Under the pieces are notes generated by a model, which saw nothing but the letters and a program-made list of their open reading frames with translations, made no database searches and had not been told where the DNA came from. Shown here one piece after another: positions 36,872 to 46,674 of a stretch of 64,000 bases of DNA. The DNA is from an uncultured virus (IMG/VR IMGVR_UViG_2786546887_000004). Its lineage: Duplodnaviria; Heunggongvirae; Uroviricota; Caudoviricetes. The stretch lies in IMG/VR virus record IMGVR_UViG_2786546887_000004; one strand, given 5' to 3'. Every line of letters begins with the position of its first letter. The first letter of the stretch is position 1. Position numbers and translations under genes: made by a program.

Positions 36872-37557
36872 GTTCTTCTCTTTGCTTTTCTCTCACCTGC
36901 CATCCATCTTTTTGCAATATAAGATGATATAGGTTTTGTAATTAATCGTCTAACTATTTTTGATACATTATTTAATGTTATGGTTACTAATTCTGCTTCT
37001 GATTTATTGTTATCAACAACAACAAAATTATTCATACCAAATAGTCTTTGAAACTTACCGATATTACTTTGTACACCTTCCCAATTTTTCTTTACAATAT
37101 ATTCTGGTACAATTCTTTCTCTTCTTTGTTGTCTTTCTAAAGCAACATCTAAACTAGTATTTACAAATATCATATAACAATCATATCCTAATTGTTTAAG
37201 CATATTAGCATTTCTAGCAATGGTATCATAATCTCTACCTGTACTATCAATAACTAAACCAAGTCTACCTTTTATATAAGTTTGTAATTGATTTAACACG
37301 GTACCTTTTGCTCTTTTTCTTAATATATCTCTAAAGTATTCTTCTTCATCTGGCATTTTCATAGATAATCCTGCCTTTTTGATTTCTCTTTCAAATGTAA
37401 TATCAGAGTTTACAACTTTTAAACCTGAACCTGCAAATGCTGAAGAAGCAACAAATGTCTTACCTGAACCAGGGCCACCTGCAAGGAAAAATGCTTTGAA
37501 TATACCTGGATCGTAAAGACCTTCGTTTATTTGTTGTGTAAAACTTTTAACTTCCAT
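36868..37557 (-). CDS. P-loop kinase (PNK-kinase/zeta-toxin-like)
   Basis: GGPGSGKT, NSD, LVIDSTG, lid motif ALERQQRRER. Confidence 0.75.
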   Translation of the reverse strand: MEVKSFTQQINEGLYDPGIFKAFFLAGGPGSGKTFVASSAFAGSGLKVVNSDITFEREIKKAGLSMKMPDEEEYFRDILRKRAKGTVLNQLQTYIKGRLGLVIDSTGRDYDTIARNANMLKQLGYDCYMIFVNTSLDVALERQQRRERIVPEYIVKKNWEGVQSNIGKFQRLFGMNNFVVVDNNKSEAELVTITLNNVSKIVRRLITKPISSYIAKRWMAGERKAKRRT

Positions 37558-38125
37558 CTTCTATTGCCTTTATAATTTTATTAGCGTTATCTTCTATTGT
37601 ACCGCCCTCTGCTTTTATTTCTACGAAACCAGGTTTACCTCTAAAATGTTCTACTGCAGGACCTGTTTCTCTATTGTATAAGTCTATTCTATTATTGATT
37701 ATCTCTTTAGTATCGTCTGCTCTACCTCTTGCTAATAATCTTTTTAAAATTTCTTCTCTACTAACATCTAAAAATATAACTTTATCGTAACCTATGTTTG
37801 CCTCTTCCATATCTCTTACTTGCGTCATATATCTAGGCCAACCATCTAAAACATAACCAGTAGGTGATTGATCTACTTTATCTTTAATTAATTTTAAGAC
37901 TATTTCATTAGGCACAAATTGACCTGTTGAAATTATATCTGCAACTTGTTTTCCTATCTCACTACCTTTTTCTACTTCTTTTCTTAACATGCCACCTGGA
38001 TAGATGTGAGGTATAGAAAANCTTTTTGTAATGTATTCTGCATAAGTAGATTTGCCTGAGCCAGGACCACCCATTAATATAATTCTTCTAGTTGTCTCTT
38101 CTAAAAATGTCAAAAATGTTTTCAT
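37547..38125 (-). CDS. adk: Adenylate kinase (short LID)
   Basis: GGPGSGKST, GGMLR, GQFVP, LDGWPR, RGRADD. Confidence 0.9.
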   Translation of the reverse strand: MKTFLTFLEETTRRIILMGGPGSGKSTYAEYITKXFSIPHIYPGGMLRKEVEKGSEIGKQVADIISTGQFVPNEIVLKLIKDKVDQSPTGYVLDGWPRYMTQVRDMEEANIGYDKVIFLDVSREEILKRLLARGRADDTKEIINNRIDLYNRETGPAVEHFRGKPGFVEIKAEGGTIEDNANKIIKAIEDGS

Positions 38126-39348
38126 TATCCTTTTATCCAGTTCTTTTGTAAATTAAAGTTAGCAGTACTAAACTCTAATCTATCTACTAATTTAACAGCA
38201 TTACCCATTCTATCTACAGCAACATAACCTTCTGGATTAGTTAATTTAAATCCATTGTTAGTTTGTAGATATGTGCCGATAGATTTAATTTGATTCATCT
38301 TACTTACTAAAAAGTTTTTTGCTGTTTGTAAAGATACATAACTTGCGATTGCAAAGTATATCTCATTTTCGTATCTATCAATAAATTTTAAACCTTCGTT
38401 TCTAATAGTTTCATATTTTCTTTTTGCACTATCAGTTTTTCTTTTTGTAATTTCGTCATCTAAAACTGAAGCATAATATTTTCTAAAATCTGTTTGTAGT
38501 TTTTTTACACCACTTATTGCTCTACCTCTTTTGATATAATCATTAAAGTATATTTTTAATCTTGCACCAACTGATAATAAATTAGTTTGTGATTTTANTA
38601 AATTTAAAATTCTTTTGCCTTTGCCAATAGAACCCATAGCCATTCTTAACATACCATCGTATCTATCGCTTTCTGCGTCTGTAAATGTTGCAACACCTGA
38701 GTTATCTTTATAACTAGCGTCATCAAAAAATACTGATGGCGTCTTTGTAAATGAATTTACATTAACGCCAAAACTTGCTTTTAAATCAGACATCTTTCGA
38801 CCTGTGTAAGTAGTGTGAAAGATTATGCCTAATTTACTTCTTAATATTCTTTTTGCAAGATCAGTATTTTGAGGTACAGCGTAAGTAATAGTGTTAGGTT
38901 TAAAAGCAATTGAGTCTTCACCTCTAATACTTACTTTTTCAATATCTTTAGGTGTATATAATAAATCGCCTTGAACGATACCTTTGATATTTAATTTTGG
39001 TAATTCTTTTAAACAAACAATTAGTTTGTCTGCTAAACCACCTGCGTGGTTTTTTCTTATATCTGATTGTGTGTAATTGATTTTAGGATTTACNTTGAAG
39101 ACAGATTTTGATCCAACAAAAAATCTGTTGTTTTCAGGATTGATACCACAGAATACAGCTGGCGCACCATCCCATTTGACTGATAGATTAACTTTTCTAC
39201 GAGATGATCCTAAAAGCATATTTCTTAATGATTTAAGAAACTCTATTGCTTCTAAGCCACCTGAGTAGCCGTTATTGATTATGTTATCTTCTAAATGTTC
39301 TAAATGTGTATTTTTAGCTTCATTTAGATATTGTTTAAAACTATACAT
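38125..39348 (-). CDS. DUF6267-like protein with ligase/capping-type nucleotidyltransferase motifs
   Basis: KWDG (motif I), QGDLLY, EGYV (motif IV), VKLV (motif V). Confidence 0.65.
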   Translation of the reverse strand: MYSFKQYLNEAKNTHLEHLEDNIINNGYSGGLEAIEFLKSLRNMLLGSSRRKVNLSVKWDGAPAVFCGINPENNRFFVGSKSVFXVNPKINYTQSDIRKNHAGGLADKLIVCLKELPKLNIKGIVQGDLLYTPKDIEKVSIRGEDSIAFKPNTITYAVPQNTDLAKRILRSKLGIIFHTTYTGRKMSDLKASFGVNVNSFTKTPSVFFDDASYKDNSGVATFTDAESDRYDGMLRMAMGSIGKGKRILNLXKSQTNLLSVGARLKIYFNDYIKRGRAISGVKKLQTDFRKYYASVLDDEITKRKTDSAKRKYETIRNEGLKFIDRYENEIYFAIASYVSLQTAKNFLVSKMNQIKSIGTYLQTNNGFKLTNPEGYVAVDRMGNAVKLVDRLEFSTANFNLQKNWIKG

Positions 39349-39366
39349 TTGTTTCCCACTATGTCC

Positions 39367-39395
39367 ATTATATCAAAATTCAAGGCCATTGTCAA
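39367..39395 (-). promoter_or_regulatory. Consensus sigma70 promoter
   Basis: TTGACA-N17-TATAAT. Confidence 0.8.
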
Positions 39396-39442
39396 TAAAA
39401 ATTCCAATCAAATCCATTAATAAAATTCACTACTTACGACAA

Positions 39443-39450
39443 TATTTATA
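39443..39450 (-). promoter_or_regulatory. T4-type late promoter
   Basis: Intergenic TATAAATA. Confidence 0.7.
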
Positions 39451-39458
39451 AGATTAGA

Positions 39459-39653
39459 TTACTTGATTCTTAAAACCTTATGTACAAACCACTTAATTAC
39501 TCGTTTTAGTCTGCCTGAAAACAATTTTTTCATAAGGTGTCTGATAATTCTCATTACTATTAGAATAGGACTAGATAATACGTCCCATAGAATTAAAAAT
39601 AAATCTACTGACATATCTATGATAGAATCTGTTGAGGGTTTTTTTAGTTTCAC
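39459..39653 (-). CDS. Small hydrophobic/basic protein
   Basis: 64-aa ORF abutting the upstream stop. Confidence 0.55.
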   Translation of the reverse strand: MKLKKPSTDSIIDMSVDLFLILWDVLSSPILIVMRIIRHLMKKLFSGRLKRVIKWFVHKVLRIK

Positions 39654-40861
39654 TAATTGCCTTTGGCAATAACAAACTTGCCTGAAAGAGGTGTACGAGA
39701 GGTTACATATTGATACATAATTAAAACAAAGTCATTAATTTGTTGTTGACTTTTTTTATCTGTTCTTCTAAACCACTTCTTCAGGACGGGCATAATTTTA
39801 TTAATAATATTTAAGGCAGATATTTCACCTCTTTTAAAATTGAATAAATCTTTATTTTTTTTCTCTAATGCTGATCTTTGTTTTATAACAGGTTCAATCT
39901 GTTTAAAATACATCTTCTCACCATCATCATATAATTTTTTTACTTGTACTGCTGTTTGTTTATCTACAAATGATAACAATTGAGCAAACACTCTCATAGA
40001 ACCTATTGAACCACCTCTTGCCTCTGCACCACCACCTAAAAACTCAGCAACAAATCTTTTAGCACTAGGGTCGTGTCTAAATTTTATATCACCAGATTTT
40101 AGTAATATTCTCATATCTCTAGTTTCTGTCTTCTTACCAAAGGCAACTTTCTTATAAGGTTTCCAGTCTGTTGTTCCTTTTACTACTAAATTTTTTAGTG
40201 ATTGAATTTCTTTTTTTCTATCAAAGTTAACTAATTGTATTATAGCTTTTTTTGTAGTTTTCTTTAGTGATAAAGGCAACATATCACCACTATCAATTAA
40301 ATCACTTATTAAAACATTTAATTGTGGGAATCCAAATGAATTAGGTTTAGCTTCTGCTAATGTAGTTCTTAATTTATCTTTTGCCATTTTACTTGCAAGA
40401 TATATGTCGGCAGGAGACCATTTGTTTATATCACCAAATCTTGTTTGATTTTTTATAGTGATAGGCATTTTGTTTGCCATAGACCATAACTTTTGTATAG
40501 TACCCATAACATCTTTATCACCTCTAAAGTAAAATAGATTTTGATAACCTTTACCTTTAATTTTGTAATCTTTATCTATTGTTTCTATTTGTTTAATTAG
40601 TTCTACTGCAATTAGATTAGATGATGTATACCAATCATTATTAGAAGTTAGAAATTTAGTTATGTCATTATAAGAAACACCAGGTGTATCTAGTCGTTTA
40701 AACGCTAGTTCTAACTTTTTATTATACTTGTCTTTGAAATCTGTAAATGTGGGATATGTTTTAAGGTCAAATGCCTTGTCTATACTACTTGCACCTACAT
40801 TATCTGCAAGTGAAGAAAATAACGCTTGTGATGATTCTAATAATGTTGTTTTGTCTGCCAT
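39653..40861 (-). CDS. Hypothetical protein, possible PD-(D/E)xK-like nuclease
   Basis: E...KWSPADIY...PLSLKK pattern; preceded by CATAAATA. Confidence 0.5.
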   Translation of the reverse strand: MADKTTLLESSQALFSSLADNVGASSIDKAFDLKTYPTFTDFKDKYNKKLELAFKRLDTPGVSYNDITKFLTSNNDWYTSSNLIAVELIKQIETIDKDYKIKGKGYQNLFYFRGDKDVMGTIQKLWSMANKMPITIKNQTRFGDINKWSPADIYLASKMAKDKLRTTLAEAKPNSFGFPQLNVLISDLIDSGDMLPLSLKKTTKKAIIQLVNFDRKKEIQSLKNLVVKGTTDWKPYKKVAFGKKTETRDMRILLKSGDIKFRHDPSAKRFVAEFLGGGAEARGGSIGSMRVFAQLLSFVDKQTAVQVKKLYDDGEKMYFKQIEPVIKQRSALEKKNKDLFNFKRGEISALNIINKIMPVLKKWFRRTDKKSQQQINDFVLIMYQYVTSRTPLSGKFVIAKGN

Positions 40862-40884
40862 ACATATATTTATGTATGAAGAAT

Positions 40885-41451
40885 CTAACTTTTGTAATCT
40901 ACATAAGCATTACTAGAAACGGTATATCTGTAACCCTCAAAAGGTTGTTCTCTAACTTCGTGTCTTAACATACTAGGAAAAATCAATAACATTCCTGGTT
41001 TGATTTTTTTCTCTACGCCAAAACCTTCTTTTGTTTTAATTTCAGGAAAGTATAAACCTGGTGCACCTTCGGGTGCTGTAATATAATATGAACATGAATA
41101 AACAGCAGGCCAGTGATCATGTGGTTTAGTTATTTGACCTGAGGTATATTTTAAACCCCATAGATTCTTTAATACAAATTGATATTGATGTCGTATATCA
41201 AATTGCATACGAGAAACAGCATCGCAAGCATCCAAAAACATTTTAGCAAATCTTTTAAAACCAGGATATTCCCACATCTGCCAATATGTCATTAGACATT
41301 GTGCGTTTGTTCTATGTCCTTGTTGATCACCTACTTTATCTATTTCTTCTATGATAAGTTTATCCATTTCTGGTTCATCAAGTTGAAACTCAAAAATAGG
41401 TTCTTTTCTTTCTATTGAAAAATCATTTCTTACTATTTGATATTTCTTCAT
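40885..41451 (-). CDS. 2OG-Fe(II) oxygenase-like protein
   Basis: PHDH, SCSYY, LIFPSMLRHEV, R.TVSSN; start reassigned to MKKYQ. Confidence 0.8.
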   Translation of the reverse strand: MKKYQIVRNDFSIERKEPIFEFQLDEPEMDKLIIEEIDKVGDQQGHRTNAQCLMTYWQMWEYPGFKRFAKMFLDACDAVSRMQFDIRHQYQFVLKNLWGLKYTSGQITKPHDHWPAVYSCSYYITAPEGAPGLYFPEIKTKEGFGVEKKIKPGMLLIFPSMLRHEVREQPFEGYRYTVSSNAYVDYKS

Positions 41452-41674
41452 CACTTCTTCTATCAAAACAAGTTGGGAAACCAAACTTACCAAATGTTTT
41501 ATTTTTATTTTGAAACTTAACTACTTGTTTTACATCTTCTTCAAAAAAAGATTCTTTTAAAACAAGACCTCTAGGCATTTCAACTGCTCGCCATATAATC
41601 TTGCCATCTTTTTTAACCATAGCAGATTTGTAATACACACCTTTATTTATTCGCTTTTTAATTTTTCTTTTCAT
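41423..41674 (-). CDS. Hypothetical basic protein
   Basis: 83-aa ORF with ATGA overlap. Confidence 0.65.
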   Translation of the reverse strand: MKRKIKKRINKGVYYKSAMVKKDGKIIWRAVEMPRGLVLKESFFEEDVKQVVKFQNKNKTFGKFGFPTCFDRRSDEEISNSKK

Positions 41675-42294
41675 AATGAGTTAAAACTTAATGCTATCCT
41701 ATTCGTTGTTTGGTTTACTTTATAACTAGAGTCATGTTCTATCCACGATGGGAATATTATTAAATCATTATTCTTAGGTTTAAAATTAAAATTTATGCAA
41801 TTATTTTTATCAATATTATCAAACTTATATAATTTTATTTTATCATTTGGATTGTAAAAGTATATATCACTGCTTGAATCATCTATATTTAAGTATATCA
41901 CACCACTTAATTTAGAAGGTATATGGTCGTGTTTCATTAGACTACTATCTTTATCCATAATTGTAATCCATGAGTTATCTACTTTTAAATTTTTAAATCC
42001 TAATTCTATTGAAGTTTTATCTATTACGTTTTGTATATCTTGTTTAAAATTCTTACACTCGGGTACGTTGTTTGTAAAATAATCTACTATATAATCGCCA
42101 TCTTTAAATTTAAACTTATCATTTTTATAATGTGATATTTTAAAGTTGCCATACCCTACACCCTCTACATTACCTAAATTATTAAAAACATTAGAATTAT
42201 CTTTTATATGTTTGACAATGCTTTTTCTTACATTGTCATCTAAAAAATTTTCAATATAGATTATAGGTGTACTAAACAATTCTATTTTGTTCAT
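41671..42294 (-). CDS. 2OG-Fe(II) oxygenase-like protein
   Basis: HDH, LSGVIYL, IIFPSWIEH, RIALSFN. Confidence 0.8.
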   Translation of the reverse strand: MNKIELFSTPIIYIENFLDDNVRKSIVKHIKDNSNVFNNLGNVEGVGYGNFKISHYKNDKFKFKDGDYIVDYFTNNVPECKNFKQDIQNVIDKTSIELGFKNLKVDNSWITIMDKDSSLMKHDHIPSKLSGVIYLNIDDSSSDIYFYNPNDKIKLYKFDNIDKNNCINFNFKPKNNDLIIFPSWIEHDSSYKVNQTTNRIALSFNSL

Positions 42295-43685
42295 ACTTTA
42301 AAATCAGAAAACTTATCGTAAATGCCTTCAGCAGGTCTAGGTCCTGCAGGTTGATTAAGTTGTTCTTCGCTCTCTTGGTTACCATCTGTTAAGTTTTGTG
42401 CTGATTGTTCTACATCATATAGTCTCATTTTACTTCTATCAACACCAATAATAAATGATCTATTTACAGCAGGATCATTATATCTATTTTTTAATTGTTT
42501 AACTTTCATTTGATTTAATTCTTCTAAATCTTCATTTGATATAAGAGCGAACATAAAGTCAGCAGTTGCAGGAAGACCAAAACTTTCTGAGGTATCTTCT
42601 AAACCAACATCACTTGACATATAACCAGTTCTAGTTGTTTGTGTAGCAGACACAATAGGTAAATTATATCTAACAGCAAGACCTCTTAATTCTTCAGCGA
42701 TTGCCTTAACATAAAAATAAGAAGATATATTACCACCTTTAAATCTACTAGATGAACATATATTTAAATAATCTATGAATACAATATCTGGTTTAAAACT
42801 TTTCTTTAATGCAAGTTCATCAATAAGTCCTTTGAAATGACCTGTGTGAGCAGAGGCAGTAGGATATTCTTTAATAATTAATTGACCATTTGCCTTCTTT
42901 TTTAATTTAGCAATCTTTGTATCATAATATTGTTTAGGCATTTCATAGAGTTCATCAACGGTTACATCTAATAAATTAGCGTCTATTCTTTCTGCAATTC
43001 TTTCCTCTGCCATTTCTAAAGTTATATACAATACATTTCTGCCTTGCATAATCATAGACGCAGCCACATGACACATAAACAAAGATTTACCAACACCAGT
43101 ACCTGCAAGTGCCACATTTAAAGTCTTGGGTGGTATACCACCTTTTGTTATTCTATTGAAATATGATAAGTCAAATTTTAATCTCTCTTCTTCTTTATGA
43201 TAATAATCGTATCGTTCATCGGTTTGATTTAAATAATCATGCCCAATATGTGTATCAAACGAAACAGCAAGAGCTTCAGATAATATAGATGGTATTGCCT
43301 CTGGTGTATGTCTTTTATCTTTGCCGTCTAATATTTTAATACCTGATAGTACAGCATTATGTACAGCACGATCTTTACACCATTTCTCTGTTGTATCTGT
43401 TAACCATTCTATATCTGTTTTTTCATCTGGTGTTAAAGTCTCTAATACTCTTTTTGCAATCTTAAATTCATCTTCAGTAATATTTTTTAAATTAGATAAC
43501 TCAATACTAATTGCTTCTTTAGATGGTAGATTGTTATATTTAATAATATAACTTTCTATAATTTTAAATATGGTTACTTCTTCGTTTGCCGAAAAGTAAT
43601 CTGTTTTTAGGAAAGGTAAAACTTTTCTACTAAAGTTTTCGTTGTGAATTAAATTAGTTAGTATTGTTGTTTCGAGTCTGTTCAT
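42291..43685 (-). CDS. Replicative helicase (T4 gp41-like)
   Basis: AGTGVGKS, TLEMAEE, IDYLNIC, SATQTTR, SESFGLPATAD, KNRY. Confidence 0.96.
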   Translation of the reverse strand: MNRLETTILTNLIHNENFSRKVLPFLKTDYFSANEEVTIFKIIESYIIKYNNLPSKEAISIELSNLKNITEDEFKIAKRVLETLTPDEKTDIEWLTDTTEKWCKDRAVHNAVLSGIKILDGKDKRHTPEAIPSILSEALAVSFDTHIGHDYLNQTDERYDYYHKEEERLKFDLSYFNRITKGGIPPKTLNVALAGTGVGKSLFMCHVAASMIMQGRNVLYITLEMAEERIAERIDANLLDVTVDELYEMPKQYYDTKIAKLKKKANGQLIIKEYPTASAHTGHFKGLIDELALKKSFKPDIVFIDYLNICSSSRFKGGNISSYFYVKAIAEELRGLAVRYNLPIVSATQTTRTGYMSSDVGLEDTSESFGLPATADFMFALISNEDLEELNQMKVKQLKNRYNDPAVNRSFIIGVDRSKMRLYDVEQSAQNLTDGNQESEEQLNQPAGPRPAEGIYDKFSDFKV

Positions 43686-43968
43686 TTATGTTAAGTTTGC
43701 CTTCCTCTAGTTGTTTTTCCATTACTTCTATTAATATATCGCCTATGGCTTGTCTAAATTCTTCACTTTCGGTATCTACATCATTTATATTTCTTTGTAC
43801 ATTATAAGTAAATTTTAAAGGTAATCTTCCTGCAACTTCATTTTCTGCAAACTTAACTTGACCATAGGTATATATTACACCTTCGTATGGTCCTTTTGTT
43901 ATCTTTATACATGAGAAATCATCAACCTCTCTCTGTACAAAAGCGTATTCTGTTTTATTCTGCGCCAT
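43654..43968 (-). CDS. Conserved hypothetical protein at the T4 gp40 position
   Basis: Lies between uvsX and the helicase; start reassigned to MAQNK. Confidence 0.6.
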   Translation of the reverse strand: MAQNKTEYAFVQREVDDFSCIKITKGPYEGVIYTYGQVKFAENEVAGRLPLKFTYNVQRNINDVDTESEEFRQAIGDILIEVMEKQLEEGKLNINEQTRNNNTN

Positions 43969-44995
43969 AGAGGAACTCTTTTTTGGCAACTTCGTCAATC
44001 TTATTGAGAACCTCTTTAGTATAGAATTTATCAGGTTCATTATTGATAGTTTTAGCATATTGTTTTGATCCGTCTGGTAATTCTACTCTTGTTGATACTG
44101 ATTTAAATACACCACCTTTGATTGCAAGTTCTAATAACCCATAGTGTTTTTCTAAACCTTTATCATAAGTTAATCTTACATCTATCTTAGCATTTTCTTT
44201 TGTCAATCTACTCTTATAATTTAAACAATGTATTACATTACCTATAACTTCTTTACCATCTTTTTCTTTTCTTTTTGAAAGATATACTATATTACTAGCA
44301 GCATATTTTAAACCAGAACCACCACCCATTTCTTTTTGTGGGAACATTGAACCGATAACATCATAAGTATGATTGGTCATAATCATAGGTATTTTTGCCT
44401 TACCTAGTTTCAATGTTAAAACTCTAAATGCAGCCTTGACAATTTGTGATCTTGTCATATCTCTTGTTTCTTTGCCCTCTGCTGTATCTGTCATTTCTTT
44501 TGTAGTAGATAACATTCCTAAACTATCTAATACAAACATAATAGGTTTTCTTTTATCTTCTGGTTGTTCTAAATATTTGTCAACAACTTTTATAGATTGG
44601 TGTCTAAACTCTTGTACGGTTGCAACAGGAACAATAACCATTCGTTTACTATCAACACCTCTACTCTCAACTAAATCTTTTGTTAACGCACTTTCTGATT
44701 CAAAGTAAATCACACCTGCGTCTTTGTGTTTATCTAAAAAACTTTTTACAATGCCTAGAGCAAAGAAAGTTTTACCTGTTGCAGCTTCACCTGCAATCGC
44801 AGTAATTTTATTTGCAGGAAGACCACCATAGATACTACCTGATAGTAAGGCATTTAAAGTATAACTACCTGTATCAATAAAACTATCTACATCACCTGCT
44901 TCAACACCTTCACTTACTAGTGTGGCATATTCATTACCTGTTTCTTTAATTACTTCTTTTAAAAAATCGTTCATAATCATCCTTTTCTTTATCAC
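43955..44995 (-). CDS. uvsX: RecA-like recombinase
   Basis: [33 protein letters not shown]. Confidence 0.95.
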   Translation of the reverse strand: MIKKRMIMNDFLKEVIKETGNEYATLVSEGVEAGDVDSFIDTGSYTLNALLSGSIYGGLPANKITAIAGEAATGKTFFALGIVKSFLDKHKDAGVIYFESESALTKDLVESRGVDSKRMVIVPVATVQEFRHQSIKVVDKYLEQPEDKRKPIMFVLDSLGMLSTTKEMTDTAEGKETRDMTRSQIVKAAFRVLTLKLGKAKIPMIMTNHTYDVIGSMFPQKEMGGGSGLKYAASNIVYLSKRKEKDGKEVIGNVIHCLNYKSRLTKENAKIDVRLTYDKGLEKHYGLLELAIKGGVFKSVSTRVELPDGSKQYAKTINNEPDKFYTKEVLNKIDEVAKKEFLYGAE

Positions 44996-45026
44996 TAAAC
45001 ACTAAACTATATCGTTTGATATTTAA

Positions 45027-45055
45027 ATCATAACACACTTTCATTATTTTGTCAA
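45027..45055 (-). promoter_or_regulatory. sigma70-type promoter for uvsX
   Basis: TTGACA-N17-TATGAT. Confidence 0.75.
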
Positions 45056-45090
45056 TGTCCTTTGAAACAAAATCGTGTGTCATATAGTTA

Positions 45091-45582
45091 TTATATCCTT
45101 TGTGTATTATTATCCTCATGTGCGTTTTCTATCTCACGCCAGTTTTTTCTCATAATTATATAGAGTTTATCTGTGGTNACCAAATCTCTATATTTTTTAA
45201 AGATTGACGCTGACTTTGCTTTTTCACTCGTTGCCCAATCTTTTTCTTGCGGTAGTATTTTACCATCTTTGTATTTCTTGCCGTCTTTGTGATTCGCATA
45301 TCTTCTTGCCCTTGTAAAACCCATTTCTAAAAACTTTCTACACATATCCATACCCACAAAGTCTTTTAATGCTCTAAATCCTCTATACATATGATAGATT
45401 GTATTAGCACTTTTTTCTGCAATCTGTGGCGTTTTAAATCGCCAGTTTCTACATATAATATTTGTATAAGGTCTTACAAGTAGTACACCTTGTTCGCCAC
45501 GACCTATTCTGTATAGTTTTCTAATTTCAGGTTTTCTAAAGTTTAGTTTTTTGTAATTTAATTTATAATTAAAGTTCTTCAT
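45091..45582 (-). CDS. DUF4385-like protein
   Basis: YRIGRGEQGVL..PY, WRFKT, DFVGMDM.RKFL.MG.TR.RRYANH. Confidence 0.8.
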   Translation of the reverse strand: MKNFNYKLNYKKLNFRKPEIRKLYRIGRGEQGVLLVRPYTNIICRNWRFKTPQIAEKSANTIYHMYRGFRALKDFVGMDMCRKFLEMGFTRARRYANHKDGKKYKDGKILPQEKDWATSEKAKSASIFKKYRDLXTTDKLYIIMRKNWREIENAHEDNNTQRI

Positions 45583-45892
45583 TGCTCTGACGAGCTCTTA
45601 AAACAACTGGTCTACCAGTAGATTTAGGCAATTGTTTGAGTTCGTTCCATAATTTAAGTTCATCATTTTCAGGTACCCACGTTTTAGGTGGTGTCTCTAA
45701 ATCATTTTGTGTAATCTTATCCCATAACAAAGTAAACATATCATCTGGTGACATTTCTGGATGATGAAAGTTATATTTTGTTTGAACATTAACAACTTGT
45801 TTTTTTAATAATTCTCTATTGTACTCTAACTTTCGTTGAAAGTCCCAATANGCCTTCATGTCTTTGTATTTTTTTTCTGCAATTGCCATCAT
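45569..45892 (-). CDS. Hypothetical protein
   Basis: 107-aa ORF. Confidence 0.65.
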   Translation of the reverse strand: MMAIAEKKYKDMKXYWDFQRKLEYNRELLKKQVVNVQTKYNFHHPEMSPDDMFTLLWDKITQNDLETPPKTWVPENDELKLWNELKQLPKSTGRPVVLRARQSNEEL

Positions 45893-45894
45893 AA

Positions 45895-46674
45895 CTATTT
45901 ATGAAAAGGACATTTTTTCTCGTCCTTCTTTTGTGTTTTTAACCAATTGTAACCACCAAACCATTTTGATTGTACATTTAGTCTTTGCGATTCAACACCA
46001 TAGTACAACTCTGGTTTGTGATTTGGTGTTGTATATGTAATAAAATCTTTTATAAATTCTCTCTTAATAGGAATATATTGTGCAATAGGTGTTCCTCTTT
46101 TTAAATTAAGTTCGCCATATCTTTTTATAACCATTTGTTGATTAATTTGATTATGTATATCTGATCTTATCACACCTGGCAAAGTATGAAAATCTTGGTT
46201 AAAATCATAGTAAACTGGAAGTTGTAATACACTCCAACCTGGTGATGTTTTAACATACCAAGGACAATTAGGTTTAAATATAAAGGCAAAATCTTTTGCG
46301 TGTTCTGGTATTAAATCTTTGTATTGATGATTACCATGATTAGTAAACTTAAATCTTTCAGTAGGTATTTTATATTGCCATGTTTTTTCATCTGAATAAA
46401 TCCATACATCACACCATAATGGTACAACATAACCCATTGAAAGATATTCAGGTATCGCAGGACAATGTCTAATTGTTCCTTTATTTACTTTGTCTGTTGT
46501 TAAAGGATTTCTATCTGGTCTTTTTCTTTCTAATTGTTTATACCACTCTGGCATATGTTGTTTTGCAGGAATGATAGGCATAACATCTTGTAGACCAGGC
46601 ACATCTGTAAACCATGTAATATTAGGTTTGTCTTTTTTAAATGATGATATTAACTCTTTAATAAATTTAATCAT
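45895..46674 (-). CDS. Conserved phage hypothetical protein
   Basis: TIRHCPAI, PW...T.PGWS.L, GTPIAQ.IP, C-terminal KCPFH. Confidence 0.7.
   Translation of the reverse strand: MIKFIKELISSFKKDKPNITWFTDVPGLQDVMPIIPAKQHMPEWYKQLERKRPDRNPLTTDKVNKGTIRHCPAIPEYLSMGYVVPLWCDVWIYSDEKTWQYKIPTERFKFTNHGNHQYKDLIPEHAKDFAFIFKPNCPWYVKTSPGWSVLQLPVYYDFNQDFHTLPGVIRSDIHNQINQQMVIKRYGELNLKRGTPIAQYIPIKREFIKDFITYTTPNHKPELYYGVESQRLNVQSKWFGGYNWLKTQKKDEKKCPFHK

Noticed and set aside
36868..37557. Zeta toxin-antitoxin module
   Set aside because: No recognisable antitoxin; context and N-terminal motif fit a packaged kinase better; substrate unknown
33723..39348. Assigning the cluster to a known NAD reconstitution pathway
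   Set aside because: No nicotinamide phosphoribosyltransferase-like or PRPP-synthetase-like gene in the window; only a HIGH-type transferase of unknown substrate
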